Assembly: GCA_964573235.1 (NCBI GenBank)
Contig: CAZNIV010000004.1
Span: 1-52,646, forward strand
Length of the DNA: 52,646 nt
Direction: 5' to 3'
DNA from: an uncultured Gammaproteobacteria bacterium
GTDB lineage: Bacteria > Patescibacteriota > Patescibacteriia > 2-01-FULL-39-33
The notes under the pieces are model-generated. The model made no database searches. It was not told the DNA's origin and saw nothing but the letters and a program-made list of their open reading frames with translations. Positions 9,630 to 18,762 of this stretch are shown one piece after another (position 1 is the first letter of the stretch; the number at the start of each line of letters is the position of its first letter). The translations under genes were made by a program, and so were the position numbers.

Positions 9630-10493
9630 ATGAAAAGAAAACCCAAGTCCGTAGATCCGATCACCCCAAGAAAAGATCCAGACACCGATACCATCCGCCT
9701 TTACATGAGAGATGCCTCCCAATTCCCCCTTGTTTCTATTTCGGAGGAAGTAGAGCTGGCCTTTAAAATCTCCCAAGGGGATGCTGGGGCACGAGAAAAA
9801 CTAATCAAAGCTAATCTACGATTGGTAGTAAAAATCTCCCATGATTATAAAGGCTTTGGCTTACCATTGCTCGACCTCATCTCTGAGGGCAATATCGGGC
9901 TAATGCGCGCCGTCGAAAAATTCGATCCCGCTAAGGGTTCTAAGTTCAGTACTTATGCCGCTTGGTGGATCAAGCAATCCATGCGTCGCGCTCTAGCCAA
10001 TAAGGCTCGCGTCATTCGTATCCCTGTTCAATCGGCTGGCAAGATCAACCGAATTAGGGCTACCCGAATTCGCTTGGAGCAGGAACTACAACGCAAGCCC
10101 ACCTATGCTGAGATTGGCTTCGCCTGCGGTCTGAGCGAAGCAGAAACTCAAACCGCCTCCAAGCATGAAGTTTCAATCATCTCGCTGGATGACAAAATCC
10201 AAGAAAGCGAAGAAGATTCGTTTAAATCGATTATTTCCGACACCTTAGCCCCCAGCCCGTCATCTGGCTCTGATGAAACGGAAAAAATCGAAATGGTAAA
10301 TCAGGCCTTTAAAGTCTTGGATAAGAGAGAGAAACTCATCTTAACTAAGCGTTTTGGCTTAGACGGTGGAAATCCTCTTATTTTGGAAGATGTGGCCAAA
10401 ATTACCCATCGCACTCGCGAACGAGTGCGCCAACTCCAAAATTTAGCCATCACCAAGTTAAAAGCTGAGCTAAACAGACTCACCACTTCTTAA
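9630..10493 (+). CDS. RNA polymerase sigma factor, sigma-70 family (RpoD-like, no region 1.1)
   Basis: Region 2 reads ANLRLVVKISHDY...LISEGNIGLMRAVEKFDPAKGSKFSTYAAWWIKQSMRRAL...IRIPV. Regions 3 and 4 are present (RERVRQLQNLAITKL). Confidence 0.9.
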   Translation: MKRKPKSVDPITPRKDPDTDTIRLYMRDASQFPLVSISEEVELAFKISQGDAGAREKLIKANLRLVVKISHDYKGFGLPLLDLISEGNIGLMRAVEKFDPAKGSKFSTYAAWWIKQSMRRALANKARVIRIPVQSAGKINRIRATRIRLEQELQRKPTYAEIGFACGLSEAETQTASKHEVSIISLDDKIQESEEDSFKSIISDTLAPSPSSGSDETEKIEMVNQAFKVLDKREKLILTKRFGLDGGNPLILEDVAKITHRTRERVRQLQNLAITKLKAELNRLTTS

Positions 10494-10500
10494 CCTCTTA

Positions 10501-10521
10501 GCGCCCCATGGGCGCTTTTTT
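10501..10521 (+). terminator. Intrinsic terminator
   Basis: GCGCCC-CAT-GGGCGC followed by TTTTTT, 8 nt after the stop codon. Confidence 0.7.
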
Positions 10522-10524
10522 ATC

Positions 10525-10553
10525 TTGACAAAATGCCAAAAAAGAGGTAGAAC
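10525..10553 (+). promoter_or_regulatory. Promoter of the second sigma gene
   Basis: TTGACA (10525-10530), 17-nt spacer, weak -10 TAGAAC. It shares the block TTGACAAAAT(A/G)CCAAAAAA with the promoter at 9559. Confidence 0.4.
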
Positions 10554-10606
10554 TAAAATTGTTTAGCAAAATCGCCCTTTAAAACCAACCCAAAAGTGGA
10601 GGAATT

Positions 10607-11458
10607 ATGAAAAACAACCCATCCGCCTTTAAATCGCGGGGAAAGGCAGTTTCGAACACAAAACTGCTTACCAGACAGCAAGAAGCGACGCTGGCCATTG
10701 CCATCGCTAATGGCGATGACGATGCCAAAAACCAGTTAATTTCTGCCAATCTGTGTTTGGTCATAAAAATCATCCGTGATGAGTTCCTCGATAAAGGGCT
10801 ACCCTTTGAGGAACTTACTTCTGCCGGCAACATGGCCCTAACCCGAGTCGCTAAAAAGTTTGATCCCACCAAGGGGGCCAAATTTTCCAGCTATGCCGCG
10901 TGGTACATCAAGGGCGATATTCGCCGAGCCATTGCCAGACACTCAAAAACCGTGCGCGTACCCGTCAGTCAGCATTACACCGCCACTAAATTGCTAGCCG
11001 TAGAAAAAAGACTGTCCGGAGGTCTTGGCCGACAACCCACCATTGAGGAATTAGCCCAAGAAACCAAGCTAAGCCCTCAAGCCATTTACCGCATCCGCGA
11101 TCGGGATGTCAGAATCGTTTCTCTAAGCGATTGTTCACCGCAAGATGAGCGTTGTTTAGAAGAAAAAATAGCCGACCAGTTCTTTCCCTCTCCTGATCAA
11201 AACATCATGTGCTCAGAATGTGCCCAATTGGACACCAAGCTACTTGAAACATTAACACCAGAAGAACAGAAGATCATTGATCTGTCTTTCGGTCTAAGTG
11301 GCGACCAGCCCCTTTCTCTGCGCAAGCTAAAAACGCACTTTAATCTCTCCCACGAAAAAATCCGTCAAATTAAAGATACCGCTATCATTAAAATGCGGAC
11401 TTCTCTCAGAGAAATCGTTGGGCACGATCCAGTGCCAAGCGACTTCCTCAGCGCCTAA
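10607..11458 (+). CDS. RNA polymerase sigma factor, divergent sigma-70 family paralog
   Basis: Same domain order as the upstream copy (ANLCLVIKIIRDE...AGNMALTRVAKKFDPTKGAKFSSYAAWYIKGDIRRAI...VRVPV; C-terminal HEKIRQIKDTAIIKM), but diverged at conserved region-2 positions. Confidence 0.85.
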   Translation: MKNNPSAFKSRGKAVSNTKLLTRQQEATLAIAIANGDDDAKNQLISANLCLVIKIIRDEFLDKGLPFEELTSAGNMALTRVAKKFDPTKGAKFSSYAAWYIKGDIRRAIARHSKTVRVPVSQHYTATKLLAVEKRLSGGLGRQPTIEELAQETKLSPQAIYRIRDRDVRIVSLSDCSPQDERCLEEKIADQFFPSPDQNIMCSECAQLDTKLLETLTPEEQKIIDLSFGLSGDQPLSLRKLKTHFNLSHEKIRQIKDTAIIKMRTSLREIVGHDPVPSDFLSA

Positions 11459-11472
11459 CTGGGCGCTTTTTT
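11450..11472 (+). terminator. Intrinsic terminator overlapping the stop codon
   Basis: AGCGCC-TAACTG-GGCGCT followed by TTTTTT. TAA 11456-11458 sits in the loop. Confidence 0.6.
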
Positions 11473-11501
11473 ATTTGAAATAAAATTGCTATACTGTAGC
11501 C

Positions 11502-14252
11502 ATGACTGAAACTAAACAAAAATTACTCATCATCGATAGTAATGCGATCATTCATCGCGCCTATCACGCCTTACCACCCCTAACCAATAAAGACGGGGTT
11601 TTGGTTAATGCGGTTTACGGTTTTTGTACTATCTTAATTAAAACCATCAAAGAATTAAAGCCGGATTACATTATTGCCACTTTCGATTTACCAGGTGGCA
11701 CTTTCCGCCATCAAATGTTTACTGAGTACAAGGCTCAGCGTACCAAACAGCCCGATGAATTTTATGCCCAAATCCCCATTGTCAAAAAGGTTTTAACCGC
11801 TTTTAATATTCCCATCTTTGAAAAATCCGGTTTTGAAGCCGATGATTTAATCGGCACCATCGCTCACTTAAAATCCGTCGATAATAAACATATCGACAGC
11901 ATTATTATGACCGGTGATCAAGATACTTTACAGTTAGTGGATAATAACACCTTTGTTTTGTCTCCTCACAAGGGTTTTAGTGAAACTATTTTATATAACG
12001 AAACTTTAGTTAAAGAAAAATACAACGGCTTAAGACCAGACCAGCTAATCGATTATAAGGGTTTGCGTGGCGACCCATCAGATAACATTCCGGGCGTGCA
12101 CGGCATTGGCCCCAAGGGCGCCACCGACTTATTAAACTCTTTTGGCACCATTGAAAATATTTATCAAAATATAGATAGTGATAAAATCCGCGATCGCATC
12201 CGTGAATTACTCAAAGAACAAAAAGATAACGCCTTATTATCTAAAAAACTGGCCACCATCATTACCGATGTGCCGGTGGATTTTGATTTAAACGCTTGTC
12301 GCTTTACTGGCTTTAACGAAGAAGCGCTCATCACCATTTTTCAGGAATTAAATTTCAAAAAATTACTCTCTACCATTTCTTCGCTCACACAAAAGCCAGC
12401 CGAAACTACTCAAGGTGATTTATTCGGCAGTGAAAATAAAGCCCAAATTCAAAAAGATCGCAGTCATCAAAAATACACCTTAGTAAACGATAAAAAAACC
12501 GCTCAAGATTTTGTTAAAAAATTAACCGAGCAAAACCAATTCTGTTTTGATACCGAAACCACCTCTGTTCGCGCTTTTGAAGCCGAGTTAGTGGGTATTA
12601 GTTTCTGTTGGCACAAAAACGAAGCATATTATTTGCCTAAAAATATTGTCGAACTAATTAAGTCCGATTTACAACCAATCTTTGCTAACCCCGACATCAA
12701 AAAAATTGGCCATAACTTAAAATACGACATAGAAATTTTAATGCAAAGTGGCTTGCCTGTTTCTGGGATTTATTTTGATTCCATGATCGCCTCCTATATC
12801 CTTAATCCCGGAACCAATCAGCATAGTTTAGATACCTTGGCTTTTGTGGAATTAGGTTATCGCATGCAATCAATCGAAGATTTAATTGGTAAAGGCAAAG
12901 AACAAATTACCATGGATCAAGTCGCCGTTGAAAAAGTCAGTTGGTATTCTTGCGAAGATGCCGATTTCACTTGGCAACTGTACCAAAAATCATTTATCGA
13001 ATTAGATAAGCAAGGCATGCTGGGGCTAATGACCAAAATCGATATGCCCTTAGTTCATGTTTTGGCGGAGATGGAAAAAAACGGTATCAAAGTAGATACT
13101 GCCAAGCTTAAAAAGTTATCCGACCAACTCACTAAAAAAATTGCGGAAATTGAACTTGAAGCCTATAAAATGGCTGGCAGTGAATTCAATCTGGGCTCGC
13201 CAAAACAATTAAAAGAAGTATTGTTTGAAAAACTTAATATCAGTTCTTCGGGCATTAAAAAAACTAAAACCGGCATTTCTACTTCCGCCGATGTGCTAGA
13301 AAAATTAGCGCACACTCATCCGATTATTGATTTGATTTTAAGCTACCGCGAATTATCTAAATTAAAAAACACTTATTTAGATGCGCTACCACTTTTGATT
13401 AATAAAAAAGATGGTCGCATTCATACCTCTTTCAATCAAACGGTCACCGCCACCGGTCGCCTGTCTTCTTCTGATCCTAACTTGCAAAATATTCCTATCC
13501 GTTCCGAAATCGGCGAACAAATTCGCCAATCTTTTATCGCGGAACCGGGTTGTAAAATAATCAAAGCGGATTATTCGCAAATTGAATTGCGTATCGTGGC
13601 TTCTTTAGCTAACGATCCTAAAATGCTCTCCGCCTTTCATTCCAAAACCGACATTCACACCCAAACCGCTGCCGCCATCAACGAAGTTTCTTTAGATAAG
13701 GTAGATAAAAATATGCGTCGCCAAGCAAAAGAAGTTAACTTTGGCGTGCTTTATGGCATGGGCGCTTGGGGTTTATCTGAACGCACCGGCATTACTCCGG
13801 CCGAAGCACAAAAATTCATCGCCAAATATTTTGCCACTTTTAAAGAAGTAAAAAGATATATCGACGAAACTATTATTTTAGCCAAAGAGCGTGGTTATGT
13901 CGAAACTTTATACGGTCGTCGTCGCTATTTACCAGAAATAAATTCCTCGGTAGTCCAAATCCAAAAATCGGCCGAGCGCATGGCGGTTAATATGCCCATT
14001 CAAGGCACCGCTGCCGATTTGCTCAAGGTAGCCATGATTAAAATTCATGAAGAACTATCAACAGTTTCTCCGAAAGCTAAAATGCTTTTGCAAGTGCACG
14101 ATGAATTAGTGCTCGAAGTACCCGAGGCCGAGGCCGACAAAGTGGCGCGCTTTATTAAAAAAACTATGGAAGATGTTTCTACTATGCGCGTGCCGATTAT
14201 CGCTGAAGTTTTAATTGGTGACAACTGGAGCGAAACCGAACCGCTGGAATAA
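11502..14252 (+). CDS. polA: DNA polymerase I
   Basis: 916 aa with a 5'-3' exonuclease N-terminus (LLIIDSNAIIHRAYHALP), a 3'-5' exo domain (FDTETTS) and Pol A motifs (DYSQIELRI, QVHDELVLE). Confidence 0.95.
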   Translation: MTETKQKLLIIDSNAIIHRAYHALPPLTNKDGVLVNAVYGFCTILIKTIKELKPDYIIATFDLPGGTFRHQMFTEYKAQRTKQPDEFYAQIPIVKKVLTAFNIPIFEKSGFEADDLIGTIAHLKSVDNKHIDSIIMTGDQDTLQLVDNNTFVLSPHKGFSETILYNETLVKEKYNGLRPDQLIDYKGLRGDPSDNIPGVHGIGPKGATDLLNSFGTIENIYQNIDSDKIRDRIRELLKEQKDNALLSKKLATIITDVPVDFDLNACRFTGFNEEALITIFQELNFKKLLSTISSLTQKPAETTQGDLFGSENKAQIQKDRSHQKYTLVNDKKTAQDFVKKLTEQNQFCFDTETTSVRAFEAELVGISFCWHKNEAYYLPKNIVELIKSDLQPIFANPDIKKIGHNLKYDIEILMQSGLPVSGIYFDSMIASYILNPGTNQHSLDTLAFVELGYRMQSIEDLIGKGKEQITMDQVAVEKVSWYSCEDADFTWQLYQKSFIELDKQGMLGLMTKIDMPLVHVLAEMEKNGIKVDTAKLKKLSDQLTKKIAEIELEAYKMAGSEFNLGSPKQLKEVLFEKLNISSSGIKKTKTGISTSADVLEKLAHTHPIIDLILSYRELSKLKNTYLDALPLLINKKDGRIHTSFNQTVTATGRLSSSDPNLQNIPIRSEIGEQIRQSFIAEPGCKIIKADYSQIELRIVASLANDPKMLSAFHSKTDIHTQTAAAINEVSLDKVDKNMRRQAKEVNFGVLYGMGAWGLSERTGITPAEAQKFIAKYFATFKEVKRYIDETIILAKERGYVETLYGRRRYLPEINSSVVQIQKSAERMAVNMPIQGTAADLLKVAMIKIHEELSTVSPKAKMLLQVHDELVLEVPEAEADKVARFIKKTMEDVSTMRVPIIAEVLIGDNWSETEPLE

Positions 14253-14254
14253 TT

Positions 14255-15220
14255 ATGATTTTTTGCATTTACGGCACCGATCATTATCGTTGCCAAGAAA
14301 AATTAGATGAATTAAAAAACAGCTTTATCCAAAAAAAAGATAAAAGCGGGGTTAATATTGTGCACTTAGAATACATCGAAAAAACTCGAGGTAAAAAATC
14401 CGAAGGCCATGACGAAAACTTTCTCGATAACTTAAAACAAGAAGCACTCGCCACTTCCTTTTTGGGCGATAAAAAATTGATTATCGTTAAAAATGCCTTG
14501 AAAGATAAAAAGGATGAAGAAGCGATCATTACCTTCTTAAAAAACAACGAGGCCACCATCGAAAACAGCTTATGTTTCATTGATTTAATCGAGCGACCAA
14601 AAAGCAAAAAAGATTATCCACCCAAAAGCGCTTTATTTCATTACTTAAGTGGGCAAAAATTCAAATGGGAATTTACGGAACTGTCAGATAACGATGCTTT
14701 GCGCTGGATTAAAAATTATTGCCAAGAAAAAAATATCGCTATCGCCAATGACGCCGTTTCAGAATTATTTTTTTTAGTCGGCAACGACACCCCCGCCTTA
14801 ATCAACGAAATAAAAAAGTTATCCGCTTACAGTAACAAAAATATTGATTTAGCATCGGTTAAATTATTAGTCAACAACCGTTTAGATGATGATATTTTTG
14901 CTTTGGCCGATGCTATTGGTCAAAAAAACCGCCAGCGTGCCTGGCTCTTAACTGCTAATCAATTGCGCCAAGGCGATCACCCGCTACAAATTCTCACTAT
15001 GATCAGTCGGCAATTTAACATTCTGTTTAAAATCAAGTCTGGCGCCACCACCGGCATGAATGATTGGATTTTAAATAAGAACCGTGGCCAAGCCAACAAT
15101 TTCTCTGTTGAACAAATCAAAAAAATCTTAGGTGATATTATGGATTTAGAAATCCGCTTTAAGCGTGACGCTGGCGATCCAGAACTGTTGTTTGATGTAT
15201 TTATTGCGAATAATTGTTAA
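14255..15220 (+). CDS. holA: DNA polymerase III subunit delta
   Basis: 321 aa with a delta-like N-terminus (IFCIYGTDHYRCQEKLDEL). It lies 2 nt after polA. Similarity is judged by eye only. Confidence 0.75.
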   Translation: MIFCIYGTDHYRCQEKLDELKNSFIQKKDKSGVNIVHLEYIEKTRGKKSEGHDENFLDNLKQEALATSFLGDKKLIIVKNALKDKKDEEAIITFLKNNEATIENSLCFIDLIERPKSKKDYPPKSALFHYLSGQKFKWEFTELSDNDALRWIKNYCQEKNIAIANDAVSELFFLVGNDTPALINEIKKLSAYSNKNIDLASVKLLVNNRLDDDIFALADAIGQKNRQRAWLLTANQLRQGDHPLQILTMISRQFNILFKIKSGATTGMNDWILNKNRGQANNFSVEQIKKILGDIMDLEIRFKRDAGDPELLFDVFIANNC

Positions 15221-15235
15221 TACCTATTTTTACTT

Positions 15236-15267
15236 AAAAAAACGACCCCCTTTCGGGAGTCGTTTTA
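15236..15267. terminator. Bidirectional terminator between holA and rpsT
   Basis: A-run, ACGACCCCC-TTTC-GGGAGTCGT hairpin (one mismatch), then a T-run. Confidence 0.6.
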
Positions 15268-15274
15268 AATAAAT

Positions 15275-15535
15275 TTACTTGGTGCTATTGAGTTTCTTCA
15301 TTAATCTGGATTTTCTTCTAGCAGCGGCATTCTTCTTGATAATACCCTTTTGAGCGGCCTTATCTAATCCAATAATTGCTTCTTTTACCTTTTCTACCGC
15401 AGATTTCTCTTTGGCAACGATCAAAGTTTTAGCATCTTTAATCAAAGTTTTAACTACTCTTCTTGCTTTAGCATTTCTTAAAGCATGCTTAATGCTTTGT
15501 CTTAATGCTTTTTTAGCTGACTCCTTGATTGGCAT
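15275..15535 (-). CDS. rpsT: 30S ribosomal protein S20
   Basis: MPIKESAKKALRQSIKHALRNAKARR is the typical S20 N-terminus; 86 aa, very basic. Confidence 0.9.
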   Translation of the reverse strand: MPIKESAKKALRQSIKHALRNAKARRVVKTLIKDAKTLIVAKEKSAVEKVKEAIIGLDKAAQKGIIKKNAAARRKSRLMKKLNSTK

Positions 15536-15577
15536 AATTCTTTATTAAACAATAATTTAACTAACTTAATGCTCGTT

Positions 15578-15606
15578 AATATATCACATTTTTTGCTTTT
15601 TGACAA
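15578..15606 (-). promoter_or_regulatory. rpsT promoter
   Basis: On the minus strand: TTGTCA (15606-15601), 17-nt spacer, TATATT (15583-15578). Confidence 0.45.
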
Positions 15607-15628
15607 GAGGGCCAACTTTAGTTAAAAT
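15600..15628 (+). promoter_or_regulatory. Bactofilin operon promoter
   Basis: TTGACA (15600-15605), 17-nt spacer, TAAAAT (15623-15628). The -35 overlaps the rpsT -35 on the other strand. Confidence 0.55.
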
Positions 15629-15661
15629 TAAGCTGAAATAATTAATTAATTCCTGATTCAT

Positions 15662-16153
15662 ATGTTCAAAGAAACTCCGGTCGTCAATGAAACCGAAACA
15701 ATCATTGGCCCATCTGTTAAAGTAGAAGGTGATTTCGTTACTGAGGGCAATATTATCGTAGAAGGCACCATTTGTGGCACTATCAAAACCGCTAAAAATT
15801 TACGCATTGGTACCAAGTCTAGAATTTTCGCTAATATTACAGCCGAAAACGCTCTAATCGCTGGGGAGGTTCAAGGAAACATTAAGGTCAGAAACAAGCT
15901 AGAATTAACTTCTACCGCTAAAATTTTTGGTGATATCAAAGCTGAGGTCCTAGTTATCTCTCCGGGCTGTGCCTTTAACGGAAAATGCCAAATGTCCAGT
16001 GAAAAAGCTAAATCCCCTCGACCTGACTTTTCTCGCCAAGAAAAAATAGAATTTAAGGGCAACCAATCCGAAACCGAAGAAATTGAAACCCCAGCCACTC
16101 CTGAAGAAAAAACTGATAATCCAACAACCAAACAGACCAAAAAGGTTAAATAA
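15662..16153 (+). CDS. Bactofilin (polymer-forming cytoskeletal protein)
   Basis: Repetitive beta-helix pattern (VEGDFVTEGNIIVEGTICGTIKTAKNLRIG...IAGEVQGNIKV...IFGDIKAEVLVI) with a charged Pro/Thr/Glu-rich tail. Confidence 0.85.
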   Translation: MFKETPVVNETETIIGPSVKVEGDFVTEGNIIVEGTICGTIKTAKNLRIGTKSRIFANITAENALIAGEVQGNIKVRNKLELTSTAKIFGDIKAEVLVISPGCAFNGKCQMSSEKAKSPRPDFSRQEKIEFKGNQSETEEIETPATPEEKTDNPTTKQTKKVK

Positions 16154-16155
16154 CT

Positions 16156-16914
16156 TTGTCTTTAGTCTTCATGTATTATTACATTTACGACGCTGCTTTG
16201 GCTGACAAAAAATATTCAAAGATTGTGGCGCGCATTGAAAATCGCCTCACCGATCTTGGTATTAACGGAAAAATTCACCGCCTCTCTTTTTTAAAAAATA
16301 TTCAACAAATCCTAATTGAAGAATTTCGACGCGGTATTAAAACCGTCGTGGTAGTCGGCACTGATCGCACCTTAGGTCAAATCATTAACCTACTGCCCGA
16401 TTTTGAAAATATCACCATTGGCTTTATTCCCGTTGAATCAACTCATATCGCTAGCTGTTTAAATATTCCTATCGAAGAAAAGGCTTGTGATACTTTATCC
16501 CAAAGAATTGTCCGTCAAATAAATCTCGCCAAAATCAACGACGCCTATTTTCTTTCCGCCCTAGAAATCAATGGTGGCAAATTTTCTTTAGAATGCGACA
16601 ATAACTACTTTTTAACCTTAGAAGAAAAAAACAATCGCGTGCTCATCGAAAATATTAACCGCATTAGTTATGAACAAGACATTTTGTCCGATAATTTATT
16701 TGATGTTCATATTACTACCACTAAAAAACATTTATTCAAATCAGAAATTTCTTCTTCTACTTTAAAAAATGCCCAAATTAAAGTTACCGCTACCGAACCA
16801 TTAAATATCATTCTGCACGACGAGAAAAAAATTATTAAAACTCCGGCTAAAATCGAAATCACTCCCCAAACTATAAAAATGATCATTGGCAAAACCGCTA
16901 ACTATACCAAATAA
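16156..16914 (+). CDS. Diacylglycerol-kinase-like (YegS/BmrU-type) domain protein with a degenerate nucleotide motif
   Basis: Overall resemblance to DAGK-catalytic-domain lipid kinases, but the expected GGDGT reads GTDRT (VVVVGTDRTLGQIINLL). The start is uncertain: TTG 16156 or ATG 16171. Confidence 0.5.
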   Translation: MSLVFMYYYIYDAALADKKYSKIVARIENRLTDLGINGKIHRLSFLKNIQQILIEEFRRGIKTVVVVGTDRTLGQIINLLPDFENITIGFIPVESTHIASCLNIPIEEKACDTLSQRIVRQINLAKINDAYFLSALEINGGKFSLECDNNYFLTLEEKNNRVLIENINRISYEQDILSDNLFDVHITTTKKHLFKSEISSSTLKNAQIKVTATEPLNIILHDEKKIIKTPAKIEITPQTIKMIIGKTANYTK

Positions 16915-16919
16915 ATATA

Positions 16920-16945
16920 AAAACCCCAGCATTGCTGGGGTTTTT
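16920..16945. terminator. Bidirectional intrinsic terminator
   Basis: AAAA-CCCCAGC-ATT-GCTGGGG-TTTTT, between convergent genes. Confidence 0.75.
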
Positions 16946-16956
16946 GGTTCACTAAT

Positions 16957-17697
16957 CTATTTTTTATCAATCACTTGCACCGTCAATTCTTTACGCTTTC
17001 TAAAAGCAATTTTTTGTTGAGCTACCGCAAACAAAGAGTTAACACACCAATACAACATTAAGCCACCGGGTAAACTTAAACCAATAAATAAAGTCATTAT
17101 TGGCATAAAATAAGTCATCTGCTTATTTACCATCACGGCCATATTTTCATCTTTACTACCATCACCGCCAATTGCCGGCTTTTGCATCGGCATCATTTTA
17201 GCTTGCCAAAATTGCGCCGCGCCCGCCAATACCGCCAAAAACCAATTTGGTGTTCCTAAATTTAAAAAACCAAAAGCAATATGATTCAAAGTTCCAGGGT
17301 TAGCCACAAACGGATAAAGCACTAACGCTGTTTTACTTGATAAGCCAGCCGCAAATACTTGATAGATGGCAATAAAAAATGGGATTTGAACTAATAATGG
17401 AAAACAAGATGACAGCGGATTAATTTTCTCTTCCTTATACAACTTCATTAACTCTTGCGCCATCAATTCCTTTTGATCTTTATATTTTATTTTTAAAGCA
17501 TCAATCTTTGGCTGTAAATCCTGCATCATTCTTTGTGATTTCAAAGAATGCGCCGTCAAAGGATAAAGCACCAATTTAATCAATAAAGTAATAATAATAA
17601 TTGCTACGCCAATATCATGACCAGGAATTATATTATAAATATAAACCAATAAGTTTAATAACGGCTGATAAAAAGCAATGTCAAACCATCCAAACAT
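16957..17697 (-). CDS. yidC: Membrane protein insertase YidC (short form)
   Basis: 246 aa with conserved YidC core helices (PLTAHSLKSQRMMQDLQPKI...NPLSSCFPLLVQIPFFIA). Canonical position next to yidD-rnpA-rpmH. Confidence 0.9.
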   Translation of the reverse strand: MFGWFDIAFYQPLLNLLVYIYNIIPGHDIGVAIIIITLLIKLVLYPLTAHSLKSQRMMQDLQPKIDALKIKYKDQKELMAQELMKLYKEEKINPLSSCFPLLVQIPFFIAIYQVFAAGLSSKTALVLYPFVANPGTLNHIAFGFLNLGTPNWFLAVLAGAAQFWQAKMMPMQKPAIGGDGSKDENMAVMVNKQMTYFMPIMTLFIGLSLPGGLMLYWCVNSLFAVAQQKIAFRKRKELTVQVIDKK

Positions 17698-17719
17698 AAA
17701 TATTTATTTAATTTAATAA

Positions 17720-17974
17720 TTATACTAACGGATCATGTCCGCCACGATTAAACGGATTACAACGAATCACCCGCCAAAGCGCCTTTAATCCGCCCTTGAT
17801 AATACCATATTTTTCTATCGCACGATAGCCATACTCCGAACAAGTGGGCGTAAAACGACAATAACCGTAAGGAAACATTGATTTAAAAAATCCATGATCA
17901 AAAGATAGCGTCTTTTGATAAATCCTGATCATTTTCAAAACCAGCATCCTCAAAGGCAAAAAAATCTTATCCAT
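17720..17974 (-). CDS. yidD: Membrane protein insertion efficiency factor YidD
   Basis: IRIYQKTLS...CRFTPTCSEYGYRAIEKYG...RVIRCNPF is the YidD signature. Confidence 0.9.
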   Translation of the reverse strand: MDKIFLPLRMLVLKMIRIYQKTLSFDHGFFKSMFPYGYCRFTPTCSEYGYRAIEKYGIIKGGLKALWRVIRCNPFNRGGHDPLV

Positions 17975-18313
17975 TTATAATAATTTGATTTTTTTAAGAG
18001 TTTTTAGCAAATCTTCCGATAATTCAGCATATTCCTTGCCCACGGCCCGAGGCAAGACATTAATCATAATATCTGAATTTTGCTTAAAATTAGCAAAATT
18101 TGATTGGATCACGGCTCGCACCTGACGCTTAAGAATATTGCGCTCAACCGCCTTTTTAGACACCTTATTATTAACCACCACGGCTACTCGACAATAATCT
18201 AGATTATTTGCGAAAAAACGAATACAAAAAAGACTACCAAAACCCTTTTGCCCTCCCTCAAAAATCCTTTTGAAGTCGTTCTGTTTTGTTAGTCTGTATT
18301 TTTTTGCCAGCAT
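17975..18313 (-). CDS. rnpA: Ribonuclease P protein component
   Basis: 112 aa, basic, with KKYRLTKQNDFKRIF and the RNR-like motif (VERNILKRQVR). The stop abuts the yidD start. Confidence 0.9.
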   Translation of the reverse strand: MLAKKYRLTKQNDFKRIFEGGQKGFGSLFCIRFFANNLDYCRVAVVVNNKVSKKAVERNILKRQVRAVIQSNFANFKQNSDIMINVLPRAVGKEYAELSEDLLKTLKKIKLL

Positions 18314-18322
18314 GAAAGCTGT

Positions 18323-18466
18323 TTAAACCTTGGTTATCTTTTTTCGGCCCTTGGCTCTACGTCTAGCCAAAACCTTTCTACCACCCTTAGTTTCCATTCT
18401 TTGTCTGAAGCCATGCTTGCGGACGCGTTTGATTTTACTAGGATGATAAGTTCTCTTCGTGGACAT
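18323..18466 (-). CDS. rpmH: 50S ribosomal protein L34 (below the ORF-track length cutoff)
   Basis: Hand translation of the minus strand gives [47 protein letters not shown] (47 aa), the L34 consensus. It sits immediately upstream of rnpA. Confidence 0.9.
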   Translation of the reverse strand: MSTKRTYHPSKIKRVRKHGFRQRMETKGGRKVLARRRAKGRKKITKV

Positions 18467-18762
18467 CTTGCAAAATTTATTACTAATAATCTACACCAGA
18501 TAATAACATCTTTTTATTAATTAGTCAATGCCAAAACTTTTTCCACCATTTTTACTAATCGTCGCTATTTAATGCACAGCTTATAAACATGTCATCATCC
18601 TAGCCAATAATGACGCCCTTTTTCTTTCAGCCTCTTGTGTTAAGATGAATTTCGTTATAAGATATTTCAATGTAATCGGCTCACTGGAACAAAAAAATAT
18701 TATTTTTATTCATTTTTCCACTAGCCCCTCAAATTTTTAGAAAAATTAACTTTCATTAGAGC

